NCBI GenBank assembly: GCA_041642035.1
Contig: JBEPXC010000003.1
Coordinates: 1 to 54,422 of the forward strand
DNA: 54,422 bases
Reading direction: 5' to 3'
Origin: Sphingobacteriia bacterium
Lineage (GTDB): Bacteria > Bacteroidota > Bacteroidia > Bacteroidales > UBA7960
The notes under the pieces are model-generated. The model saw nothing but the letters and a program-made list of their open reading frames with translations, was not told the origin of the DNA and searched no databases. Every line of letters begins with the position of its first letter. The first letter of the stretch is position 1. The position numbers were made by a program, and so were the translations under genes. Of this stretch, positions 19,203 to 28,539 are shown piece after piece.

Positions 19203-19622
19203 TTAACCTTCCCCCTGTTTCCATCTCTCCACCAAGGCTTTCATGAACCAATCAGGCGCAGCACAAGGGCGAAAGGATTTCATATCGACAAAAGCAAGGA
19301 TGGTTTCACCAACATTTAGCAAAATGCCATTTTCATTATATACTTCATAGTAGAAGTGCATACGGGAAGTAGGCAAATCTTTAACTATTGTTTTTATGGT
19401 CAGTAGATCATCATAAAAGGCCGGTTTAAGATATTTGAGATTCATCGATGCAATAGGCATCATCACACCCTTATCTTCCATTTGGCGATAGGTCATGCCC
19501 AGTTCGCGCATGGCTTCAGCCCGGCCTACTTCATAATAAGAAGGATAATTGCCATAATAAACATATCCCATTTTATCGGTTTCGGAATACCGTACTCGGA
19601 TATTAGTTTTGCTTACATACAT
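19203..19622 (-). CDS. Acyl-CoA thioesterase (YbgC/FadM hot-dog fold)
   Basis: RVRYSETDKMGYVYYGNY..YYEVGR.E, Y.KPAFYDD.L. Confidence 0.92.
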   Translation of the reverse strand: MYVSKTNIRVRYSETDKMGYVYYGNYPSYYEVGRAEAMRELGMTYRQMEDKGVMMPIASMNLKYLKPAFYDDLLTIKTIVKDLPTSRMHFYYEVYNENGILLNVGETILAFVDMKSFRPCAAPDWFMKALVERWKQGEG

Positions 19623-19745
19623 AGGGTTTATACGTTACGATCCTGCTGACTGTTTTCCTGGAATTCAATAAGGATTCCTCTGCTGATATTAATAGCCGTT
19701 TACCTTCTTGGGGCAAAGATACGTAGGATGAATTTAATTACAAGG

Positions 19746-19778
19746 AAAGAAAAACCCCGGAAGACCATCCCGGGGTTA
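19746..19778 (-). terminator. Intrinsic terminator after the DUF1573 gene
   Basis: Minus strand TAACCCCGG-GATGGTCTT-CCGGGGTT followed by TTTCTTT. Confidence 0.8.
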
Positions 19779-19810
19779 TGCAATATTAAAAAAGTGTCAT
19801 TATAATGTTT

Positions 19811-20224
19811 TTATCCCTGAGGAACAACTTCCCCCTTGATACGCAAAATAACCTGTTTGTTATCAGCATTGGAGTGAACAATTACGGCCTTATTGATAAC
19901 ATTGGGGCGACTTACGGTAGTGTATTTTACTTTTATCACGCCTTCTTCTCCTGGCAAAACAGGATCTTTGGGCCATTCAGGAACGGTGCAACCACACGAG
20001 GCTCTTACATTACTTAAGATAAGAGGTTCTGTCCCAGTATTGGTAAAGGTAAATTCACACACAGCATTGGTACCTACGGGAATTTGACCAAAATCGTGCA
20101 ATACGGCTTCAAAATCGATATGCACCTGTGGTTGTTCTTTTTCTTGCTCAGCGGGAGTAGCATTCTGAGCGGATAACAGGGTCGAAGCTAATAACCAAAA
20201 TCCTAATATGAATACATTTTTCAT
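19811..20224 (-). CDS. DUF1573 domain (Ig-like) secreted protein
   Basis: Signal peptide to SA-Q; HDFG, F.FTNTG.EPLI...V.ASCGCTVPEW.K.P..PG. Start set at ATG 20224. Confidence 0.88.
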   Translation of the reverse strand: MKNVFILGFWLLASTLLSAQNATPAEQEKEQPQVHIDFEAVLHDFGQIPVGTNAVCEFTFTNTGTEPLILSNVRASCGCTVPEWPKDPVLPGEEGVIKVKYTTVSRPNVINKAVIVHSNADNKQVILRIKGEVVPQG

Positions 20225-20493
20225 GTTGATAAAATTTAGTTGATGAATCTTATTCAAATGGTTCAGAAAACAATCAATTTCTTTTGTACACATTGCTGTT
20301 TGCTGAAAAGAGGTTGTTATTGTTAAAAACAGTGCAAATGTAACAACAAATAATTTAAATCAAAACAATCCCTCAAATAATCTTCTGACATATTATTCTC
20401 TTTTGCCGATAATGTTGCACTATTTCCCGACAAACCCCAAATCTTAAAGTCAAATAGGATGTATCCTCCGACAAATTTGTTTTGCTCCCGATG

Positions 20494-21330
20494 TTACATT
20501 AACATAATCAAACTTAATGCCATTACGATCATACCACTCATCAATCCGTAAAGCGACAAGTGTGGTTGTCCATATTCACGGGCTGCTGGTAATAGTTCGT
20601 CTATAGAGATGAAAACCATAATTCCAGCTACTGATGCAAAGATAAAACCGAACAAGAGATCACTCATGAATGGCATCAGAATAAGAAATCCCACCAATGC
20701 ACCTATGGGCTCAGCCAATCCGGAAAGAAAACTATGATGAAAAGCTTTCTTACGGCTGCCGGTAGCATAAAAGATAGGAACGGAAACGGCAATTCCTTCA
20801 GGAATATTGTGAATTGCAATGGCTATGGCAATGGGAAAACCCAATTTGATATCTCTTAAGGCAACAATAAATGTAGCCAACCCTTCAGGGAAATTATGAA
20901 TTGCAATGGCCACTGCAGACATGATACCCATTCTATAAAGTTTTTTTCTGTCTATAGAGTCTTCTCCATTTTTCATATCCTCAACCTTTCTAATTTCGTG
21001 AGGATTTTCGAATGAAGGAACCATTTTGTCTATCAATGCAATAACCAGCATCCCCGTAAAAAATCCTACCACCGCCAAAAGGTTTCCTGTTCTTTCGCCT
21101 GAATCTAAGGCCATAATTTCGATGCTTTTTGGAAAGATTTCCATAAAGGAGACATAGATCATAACCCCGGCCGAAAAGCCTAATGACAAAGAAAGAAACT
21201 TGGTATTGGTAGTTTTGGTGAAAAAGGCAATGGCACTTCCTATTCCTGTCGAAAGCCCTGCAAACAATGTTAATCCAAATGCCATCAGCACATTCTGATG
21301 CTCAACAAACCAATTAAGTAATAAAGTCAA
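20494..21330 (-). CDS. zupT: Zinc transporter ZupT (ZIP family)
   Basis: LTLFAGLSTGIG, GFSAGVMIYVS, ENPHE, IHNFPEG, IHNIPEG, SGLAEP, DELLP. Confidence 0.93.
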   Translation of the reverse strand: MTLLLNWFVEHQNVLMAFGLTLFAGLSTGIGSAIAFFTKTTNTKFLSLSLGFSAGVMIYVSFMEIFPKSIEIMALDSGERTGNLLAVVGFFTGMLVIALIDKMVPSFENPHEIRKVEDMKNGEDSIDRKKLYRMGIMSAVAIAIHNFPEGLATFIVALRDIKLGFPIAIAIAIHNIPEGIAVSVPIFYATGSRKKAFHHSFLSGLAEPIGALVGFLILMPFMSDLLFGFIFASVAGIMVFISIDELLPAAREYGQPHLSLYGLMSGMIVMALSLIMLM

Positions 21331-21422
21331 AATATATTTAAGATAAAAAATGAAACAAATTTTTTAATTAAACGAAAGGATTGTTTTGCCCCCTCACAAA
21401 ACTTATTCTTCAACCTTTGATA

Positions 21423-23351
21423 TTAACCGGCAGAGAGAGCAAATGTTGAATGACAAATCTTTAATACCTCTGCATAAATTCCCGCCTCATCATAACCACA
21501 ATCTTTATAAAGCTCATTTAACGTACCATGCTGTATAAAAGTATCAGGAATTCCCAGGCGCTTTACCTTTGCATGGTAATCATTATCGGCCATAAATTCA
21601 AGTATTGCCGAACCCATACCTCCCATAATGGTGTTGTCTTCGATGGTAATGATTTTATCAAATTCAGCAAAGATCTCATGCAGTAATTTCTCGTCCAAAG
21701 GTTTAATAAAACGTAAATTAAATAAGGCCGCACTAATGCTTTTCTGTTTTTCGAGCCGGGCACATACCTTTATTGCCTCATTGCCAACAGGCCCCAAGGT
21801 TATAATAGCCAGATCCTTCCCTTCTCTTATTTTCATACCCTTACCAACAGAAAGGGTTTCAAAAGGAGTTTTCCAGTTTTTCATGACACCATTACCACGA
21901 GGATATCGTATTACCCATGGTCCGGTAGGGTTTTGCTGGGCTGTATACATGAGATTGCGAAGCTCCTGCTCATTTAAGGGTGAGGAGATGATGAGATTAG
22001 GGATACATCTTAAAAAGGAAAGATCAAAAGCTCCATGATGGGTTGCTCCATCTTCTCCAACAAGTCCGGCACGATCAAGACAAAAAATTACCGGCAAATT
22101 TTGCAGGGCAACATCATGAATGGCCTGATCATAAGCCCTTTGAAAAAAGGAAGAATAAACATTACAAAACGGAAGTAACCCCTGGGCAGCTAAGCCGGCA
22201 GAAAAAGTTACTGCGTGTTGTTCAGCAATACCCACATCAAATGTTCGCTCGGGCATAGCGCTCATCATAATATTGAGCGAACATCCCGTTGGCATTGCAG
22301 GGGTTATACCCACGATGTTGGGGTTTATTTTAGCCAGTTCGAGCAGAGTTTGTCCAAATACGACCTGATACTTAGGGGGTTTATCTTTTTCGCAGGGAGC
22401 AATTTTTAATTCACCGGTTTTCTTATTGAACAATCCCGGTGCATGGAATTTTGTCTGATTCTTCTCGGCATATTCATACCCTTTTCCCTTAACCGTAACC
22501 ACATGCAAAAGCTTAGGTCCTTTAATATTCTTGAGGTCATTAAGTACCTTGGTAAGGTGGTGGACATCATGACCATCAACAGGACCAAAATACCTGAAGT
22601 TGAGTGATTCAAAGAAATTGCTTTGTTTAAGCAGGGTTGTTTTTATTGCATTCTCGAGTTTCTGGATCAAACCCCGGGTATTTGGACCATACCGACTGAG
22701 GGAGCCCAGTATATGCCACACATCATCCTTGAGTTTGTTGTATGTTCTGGATGTAGTTATATCGGTAAGATATTCTTTAAGTGCCCCAACATTTTTATCA
22801 ATGGCAATTCCATTGTCATTAAGCACAACCAACAGGTTTGCATTAGCCACCCCGGCATGATTCATGGCTTCAAAAGCCATTCCTGCTGTCATACTTCCGT
22901 CGCCAATCACGGCAATATGATGGCGTTCTTTTTGATTTTGAAGGTCAGAAGCAATAGCCATACCCAATGCAGCAGAAATGCTTGTGCTGGAATGCCCTGT
23001 TCCAAAGGCATCGAATATACTTTCAGAGATTTTTGGGAAACCACTTACTCCGCCATATTTTCTGTTGGTATGAAAGCTATCTCTTCTTCCGGTAAGGATT
23101 TTATGGGCATATGCCTGATGGCCAACATCCCAAATAAGTTTATCGTGTGGAGTATTGAAAACATGGTGTAAAGCCACCGTTAGCTCAACCACACCCAGGC
23201 TTGCACCAAAATGACCGGGATTAATGCACGCGGCATCTATTATAAATTCCCGCAGCTCTTCACTCAGTTGATGAAGTTGCTTATGATTTAGCCCTTTTAG
23301 ATCTGAAGGGGAGTTAATGGTTGACAACAAGTCGCCTGCCTGTAATGTCAT
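21423..23351 (-). CDS. dxs: 1-deoxy-D-xylulose-5-phosphate synthase
   Basis: GHFGASLGVVELT, WDVGHQAY.HK, GHSSTSISA, GDGSMT.G, GPVDGH, ITPAMP.G, DVGIAEQHAV, DRAGLVG.DGATH. Confidence 0.97.
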   Translation of the reverse strand: MTLQAGDLLSTINSPSDLKGLNHKQLHQLSEELREFIIDAACINPGHFGASLGVVELTVALHHVFNTPHDKLIWDVGHQAYAHKILTGRRDSFHTNRKYGGVSGFPKISESIFDAFGTGHSSTSISAALGMAIASDLQNQKERHHIAVIGDGSMTAGMAFEAMNHAGVANANLLVVLNDNGIAIDKNVGALKEYLTDITTSRTYNKLKDDVWHILGSLSRYGPNTRGLIQKLENAIKTTLLKQSNFFESLNFRYFGPVDGHDVHHLTKVLNDLKNIKGPKLLHVVTVKGKGYEYAEKNQTKFHAPGLFNKKTGELKIAPCEKDKPPKYQVVFGQTLLELAKINPNIVGITPAMPTGCSLNIMMSAMPERTFDVGIAEQHAVTFSAGLAAQGLLPFCNVYSSFFQRAYDQAIHDVALQNLPVIFCLDRAGLVGEDGATHHGAFDLSFLRCIPNLIISSPLNEQELRNLMYTAQQNPTGPWVIRYPRGNGVMKNWKTPFETLSVGKGMKIREGKDLAIITLGPVGNEAIKVCARLEKQKSISAALFNLRFIKPLDEKLLHEIFAEFDKIITIEDNTIMGGMGSAILEFMADNDYHAKVKRLGIPDTFIQHGTLNELYKDCGYDEAGIYAEVLKICHSTFALSAG

Positions 23352-23515
23352 TATCGTGTTTCTTTTATGAACCTATAATTGCGTTACAAAAGTATGAAAT
23401 AATAAACTATTTAGAAATAGTAAACCTAAAGGCAGAAGACTTAAACTCTTCCCCATTGGCATCCCCAAAAGTAGGGATTTTATAATGGGTATACCGCATA
23501 ATCAAGTTTTTTATC

Positions 23516-23552
23516 TAAATTTGCAATCTCAATTTGGAATCAGTCTAAATAA
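23516..23552 (+). promoter_or_regulatory. feoAB promoter -7 box (TAAATTTG, 23516-23523) and adjacent imperfect palindrome ATTTGGA-ATCAG-TCTAAAT (23532-23550); putative iron-responsive (Fur-like) operator
   Basis: 6/7 inverted repeat overlapping the predicted start site of an iron-uptake gene. The regulator assignment is inference. Confidence 0.55.
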
Positions 23553-23691
23553 GGATTGACTAAACATGATTCTAGTCCTAGCTGCTGCCCACACAGGTAG
23601 GTAAGTGTATATCGATACGAAAAATCTAATGAGTGCCAAAAAATATATCTATTACAAGATATTTACGCTATAAGCAAGGGTTATCCCACAT

Positions 23692-26211
23692 ATGACATTA
23701 CTAGACTTACAAAACGGAGAAAAAGGAATCATTCAAAAGGTTAGAGGAAGAGGTGCCTTTCGCAGAAGGATAATTGAGATGGGGTTTGTGGCTGGAAAAA
23801 CGGTGGAAGTCATAAAGAAAGCCCCTTTAAAAGATCCCATCGAATACAGCATAATGGGTTACAATGTCTCTTTGCGGAGCAGTGAGTCCATGCTGATAGA
23901 AGTAATTCCTTTGGAGAATGGAAAAGATTACAAGACAACTGATTTCGAAGGTATTCTTGTCAGCGAGGGATTTAAGATAACACGTCAGAACGGCAAAAAT
24001 ATAAATGTGGCTCTGGTGGGAAATCCCAACAGTGGCAAGACAAGTTTTTTTAATCATTCATCAGGCTCAAAGGAAAGAGTTGGGAATTATAGTGGTGTGA
24101 CCGTTGATGCCAAACAAGCCTGGTTCAAACAAAATGGATACCGTTTTAATATAACAGATCTTCCGGGCACCTATTCCATATCGGCCTATACGCCAGAAGA
24201 AATCTATGTTCGCGAATATATCACAGACAATCTACCTGATGTAGTCATTAATATCGTTGACACCTCCAATCTGGAAAGAAATCTATACCTTACTACCCAG
24301 CTCATCGACATGGACATCAAAGTAGTAATGGTAATGAACATGTATGATGAATTCCTCAAAAAAGGAGATAAACTCGATCATGAGGCATTGGGTAAAATGA
24401 TCGGTATTCCAATGGTACCGGCAGTAAGCTCAAGAGGAACAGGAATAAAAGAGGTTTTTGAAAAAGTAATTGAAGTTTACGAAGATTTAGACAATACCCA
24501 ACGCCACATCCATATAAACTATGGAGAGACTTTTGAAAAATCCATTAAAAATATCCAGGATAAAATAAATGCCCGTGGAAACCAGCATTTGACAGATCGC
24601 ATTTCGACCCGTTACCTGGCTATCAAGTTGTTGGAGAAAGACAATGTCATCTCTCAGAAAATTATTGAGAATTGTTTCAACCATAAAGAAATAATTGAAT
24701 CTGTAGCTCACGAAATTCAACAACTCGAGAACTCATTCAATGATTCTACTGATACTTTAATCACCGATTTAAAATACGGTTTTATTGCAGGAGCACTCAA
24801 AGAAACACTCGTTCCTGCAGCCACTGAAAGAAGAAAAAAGAGTCAAATTGTTGACACGATTATTACAGATAAACTTTTAGGATTTCCAATTTTTCTGTTC
24901 TTCATGTGGGTAATGTTTACCGCCACTTTCACATTGGGCAGTTACCCAATGGAGTGGATTGAGAAGGGCGTAGAATATGTCAGTCAATTGGTCGAAGTAT
25001 CCATGCAAAGTGGTCCGTTAAAAGACCTGCTGATTAATGGTATTATAAGTGGTGTTGGGGGTGTAATAGTATTTTTACCCAACATAATACTGCTCTTCTT
25101 CTTTATCAGCTTGATGGAAGATACGGGCTATATGTCGAGGGCGGTCTTTATCATGGACAAGCTCATGCACAAAATAGGATTGCATGGCAAATCATTTATT
25201 CCCATGCTCATGGGATTTGGGTGCAATGTTCCGGCGATAATGGCTACGCGCACTCTTGCCAACAGAAATGACCGTCTGTTGACCATGATAATAAATCCTT
25301 TCATGTCATGCAGTGCCCGATTACCGGTTTATGTGCTTTTTATTACTGCTTTTTTCCCAAATTATCAGGGAACATTGCTTTTTTTAATTTATGGTACAGG
25401 CATTTTAATGGCTGTTATAGCGGCCATAGTATTTAAGAAAATTCTCTTCAAAGGCCAGGATGTTCCCTTCGTGATGGAACTCCCCCCTTATCGTGTGCCC
25501 ACCATCAAATCCACCCTACACCATATGTGGAGCAGAGCGGTGCATTATTTAAAAAAAATTAGTGGTATAATACTAATTGCTTCAATTATCATATGGGTAT
25601 TGGGGTATTTTCCTTATGGACTAGAATATAGTCAGAAATTGGAACAACAAATCACACAAATAAACTCTCAATATAAAGAAATTATTAGTCAGGAAACAGA
25701 TTCAATGGCCATTCAGGCCATAAACAATCAAAGACTTTTTGACCTTGAACAACTTCAGTCTATATCCTACCAACAACGACAGGAACAAAGTCTAATCGGG
25801 CAATTGGGTAAGTTTATTGAACCCGCCATGGCACCCCTTGGCTTTGACTGGAAAATGAGCATAAGCCTGCTGTCAGGTCTGGCAGCCAAAGAAATAGTAG
25901 TTAGCACCCTTGGGGTTCTATACCAGGCTGATGAAAATGTTCAGGCCCAAAGTGTTTCTCTTACAGAAAAGCTACAAACTCAGACCTATCAAACAGGCAA
26001 AAAAAAGGGTGAAAAGATATTTACGCCACTGGTAGCCCTTTCTTTTATGCTTTTTGTTCTTTTATACTTCCCTTGTATTGGGGTACTTGCTGCTATTATA
26101 AAAGAATCAGGCGATTGGAAATGGGGAGTATTCACGGTTGTTTATACCACTGCACTAGCATGGCTGGTGGCTTTGGTGGTATACCAGGTGGGAACAATGC
26201 TAGGTTTTTAA
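23692..26211 (+). CDS. feoB: Ferrous iron transporter FeoB with N-terminal FeoA domain fused
   Basis: FeoA: RRRIIEMGFV.G..VEV...APLKDP. GTPase: GNPNSGK, VGNYSGVTV, DLPGTYS, NMYD. Membrane part: EDTGYMSR, GFGCNVPA, FMSCSARLP, FVMELPPYR, LYFPCI. Confidence 0.96.
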   Translation: MTLLDLQNGEKGIIQKVRGRGAFRRRIIEMGFVAGKTVEVIKKAPLKDPIEYSIMGYNVSLRSSESMLIEVIPLENGKDYKTTDFEGILVSEGFKITRQNGKNINVALVGNPNSGKTSFFNHSSGSKERVGNYSGVTVDAKQAWFKQNGYRFNITDLPGTYSISAYTPEEIYVREYITDNLPDVVINIVDTSNLERNLYLTTQLIDMDIKVVMVMNMYDEFLKKGDKLDHEALGKMIGIPMVPAVSSRGTGIKEVFEKVIEVYEDLDNTQRHIHINYGETFEKSIKNIQDKINARGNQHLTDRISTRYLAIKLLEKDNVISQKIIENCFNHKEIIESVAHEIQQLENSFNDSTDTLITDLKYGFIAGALKETLVPAATERRKKSQIVDTIITDKLLGFPIFLFFMWVMFTATFTLGSYPMEWIEKGVEYVSQLVEVSMQSGPLKDLLINGIISGVGGVIVFLPNIILLFFFISLMEDTGYMSRAVFIMDKLMHKIGLHGKSFIPMLMGFGCNVPAIMATRTLANRNDRLLTMIINPFMSCSARLPVYVLFITAFFPNYQGTLLFLIYGTGILMAVIAAIVFKKILFKGQDVPFVMELPPYRVPTIKSTLHHMWSRAVHYLKKISGIILIASIIIWVLGYFPYGLEYSQKLEQQITQINSQYKEIISQETDSMAIQAINNQRLFDLEQLQSISYQQRQEQSLIGQLGKFIEPAMAPLGFDWKMSISLLSGLAAKEIVVSTLGVLYQADENVQAQSVSLTEKLQTQTYQTGKKKGEKIFTPLVALSFMLFVLLYFPCIGVLAAIIKESGDWKWGVFTVVYTTALAWLVALVVYQVGTMLGF

Positions 26212-26227
26212 TAATGGATAAAAGAGT

Positions 26228-26407
26228 ATGATGCAATTAATAATAACCATCGTAATAGTTTTAGGGGCATTGGCATATGCAGTTTACCTGTTGATAAAAC
26301 GTTTCTCCCCAAAGCCCCGTAAAGACAAAACAGATTGTGATTCTTGTTCTTCTGATTGCAGCAATTGTCAATTAGCAAATAAAACCTTCAGAGATTTTAA
26401 TCCTTAG
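26228..26407 (+). CDS. FeoB-associated Cys-rich small membrane protein (59 aa)
   Basis: Missing from the ORF track. MMQLIITIVIVLGALAYAVYLLIKRFSPKPRKDKTDCDSCSSDCSNCQLANKTFRDFNP*: one TM helix then CxxCxxxCxxC, 16 bp after feoB. Confidence 0.85.
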   Translation: MMQLIITIVIVLGALAYAVYLLIKRFSPKPRKDKTDCDSCSSDCSNCQLANKTFRDFNP

Positions 26408-26823
26408 TCAAGTGTAAGATCAATGTCCAGATTTTTAACCTCATAGCATTTATATTCACAGGCCTGGTAAGATCTTACTTCAATTATACCTCCGTCAACG
26501 GCAAGAATGATATCATTTCCCCGCTTATAAGTTGCAGTAAAAGAATATGCTCTTTCTGTATCAAGGTATTCTATGCGATATCTTAGATGAGAAGTCTTTT
26601 CCCACAACAGCTTACCCTCTTCAAAATTTCCTTCGTATAATCTCACTGTTACAATGGGATTTTCCTCATCTATGGTTACCCTAATTTCAACCATACCTGT
26701 CTCAGGTCGAATGGTATTGCAGTTATTATAATCCGCCTCTGTGCAATCCTCATATTTGCTTTTACAGGTACTTAGCATAAAGGGAAAAGACAAAAAAAGC
26801 ACTAAAGTATAAAAACGTATCAT
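26404..26823 (-). CDS. Hypothetical lipoprotein with two Cys pairs
   Basis: MIRFYTLVLFLSFPFMLSTC lipobox-like signal; DCTEADYNNC and ACEYKC; beta-rich. Start set at ATG 26823. Confidence 0.7.
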   Translation of the reverse strand: MIRFYTLVLFLSFPFMLSTCKSKYEDCTEADYNNCNTIRPETGMVEIRVTIDEENPIVTVRLYEGNFEEGKLLWEKTSHLRYRIEYLDTERAYSFTATYKRGNDIILAVDGGIIEVRSYQACEYKCYEVKNLDIDLTLD

Positions 26824-26854
26824 GGCTAAGAGTAATGAAAACAAAAAACACGGA

Positions 26855-28360
26855 TTAATTCAAAACAGGATTGTATCGCAAACTTCTCTTCCTATATAAG
26901 GGGATTCTATAAGCAATGCCGGCCCTGACACGATGAACTGAAAAATCTGCCTGTAGAGTATCAAAATAATTATACGATAAAAGATAGGTCCAGTTTTTAT
27001 TGTGTACATAAAAACCAATGGAAGGAATCCATGTCAGACCTTTAGGTGGCTTAATGCCGCTGCCAATATAACTTGCATAGGTATAAATCATTTCAAGGCC
27101 AGGCATGATTCCTCCTTTAAGTTGATTTGCCAAAGAGAAAACAGGAATCTCCCGGGATAAACCTACTGACCAACCTTGTCTTATTTCAAAGAACTGATAA
27201 TGTCGGTTTCCATTAGAGGCTACCAACAACTTTTCAGGAATAAGTCGCCTCATATAGTTCACCTTCAACAATAATTTAAATCTTGCTTCAAAAAGGCCTG
27301 CTCCTGCATGATAAGAATAATCGTCGTTGCTCTTTGCCAATCCCTGACTAATCCAAAATTCTGAGATATAAATACCTTTTGGCTTTATACCTGAAATCTG
27401 ACTTAACTGATTGGCCAGGGGTTTGTTACGGGTAAAATAAGCGTATGCTAATGCGCTTATTTTTTTTTCCGATAATTGAGGTTCCGCAAAGGGATATCTC
27501 ATCAACAAATCAACAGTTTGAGTTTGCCCCCCCGCAGTGGCAATAATTAAAGGTGTTAACCCATAATTATTGATGCTGGCGGGTGATGCACCACTCTCGA
27601 GCAAGTACCAGGTTGTTTCGATATTTTCTGATGCTATAGAAACCATTAGGGGTGTATTGCCAACTTTATCGGCACGCTCAATATTTGCACCCCAGTCAAG
27701 GAGCAAACCTATCACTTCATTATGACCATAATATGCAGCTAAATGTAAAGCTGTAGAACCATCTTTTGCGGAATGATTAACATCAGCTCCATAATATAAT
27801 AATAAATCTGTCACATAAAAACTGCCAAATGCTGCCGCATGCATCACAGCCGTGGTTCCTTTTGATGTTTGATGACTTATATCAGCACCGGCATCTATTA
27901 ACCCTTGCACCAAATCCAAATCATCATTCTGCGCGGCATAAATAAGTGCCGTATAACCCATAGTATCCTGATGGTTGATATTTTGTACCTCCGGCAGAAA
28001 TCTAAGGGAGTAATCTTTATGACCGTATAAGATTGAATACATAAGCACATTTGTGCCGTTATGGTCTATTGCATTTATATCGGCTCCATTTTCAAGTAAA
28101 TTCTCTATGATGGAACTGTTTTGCCCTTGCAATGCATACATAAGGGCACTTATATCATAATAGTCTTTTGCATTTGCACTGGCGCCTTTTTGCAAGAGTA
28201 CATTTACAAAAGTGCTGTCCTGTTCGTATATGGCATCAAGTAAGGTCATATCCAGTAGAACCGCAGGCAAGGAGTCATTGACAGCCAACAAAGATTGAGG
28301 TGCAGTGAACATTACACCCAGTATTACTGTAAATAAAACCCTTTGCAGATGTATTTTCAT
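26855..28360 (-). CDS. Secreted ankyrin-repeat protein with C-terminal beta-strand-rich (putative OM barrel) domain
   Basis: Signal peptide; about 8 ANK repeats (G.TAL..AA..G....V..LL..GADIN); last ~170 aa show alternating aromatic strands ending VRAGIAYRIP. Confidence 0.8.
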   Translation of the reverse strand: MKIHLQRVLFTVILGVMFTAPQSLLAVNDSLPAVLLDMTLLDAIYEQDSTFVNVLLQKGASANAKDYYDISALMYALQGQNSSIIENLLENGADINAIDHNGTNVLMYSILYGHKDYSLRFLPEVQNINHQDTMGYTALIYAAQNDDLDLVQGLIDAGADISHQTSKGTTAVMHAAAFGSFYVTDLLLYYGADVNHSAKDGSTALHLAAYYGHNEVIGLLLDWGANIERADKVGNTPLMVSIASENIETTWYLLESGASPASINNYGLTPLIIATAGGQTQTVDLLMRYPFAEPQLSEKKISALAYAYFTRNKPLANQLSQISGIKPKGIYISEFWISQGLAKSNDDYSYHAGAGLFEARFKLLLKVNYMRRLIPEKLLVASNGNRHYQFFEIRQGWSVGLSREIPVFSLANQLKGGIMPGLEMIYTYASYIGSGIKPPKGLTWIPSIGFYVHNKNWTYLLSYNYFDTLQADFSVHRVRAGIAYRIPLYRKRSLRYNPVLN

Positions 28361-28539
28361 TATGCTTTTAATTTTTGTTTATCACCGCAAATTTAAAAAT
28401 ATTATTCAAACTAATAGGATATGTCGCACCAATCATTTTGATAATAACTGAGTATAAATATCAAACTATTATAATATTTTGCGATAAAAGGAGGATTAAA
28501 ATTAGTAAAATTGCATGTAAAATATAAAATCCATCAAAT

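Noticed and set aside
18282-19740. SAM riboswitch ahead of methionine gamma-lyase or its operon
   Set aside because: Only a CTTATC fragment lies in a 47-bp gap; the SAM-I core helices are not present in any of the intergenic segments.
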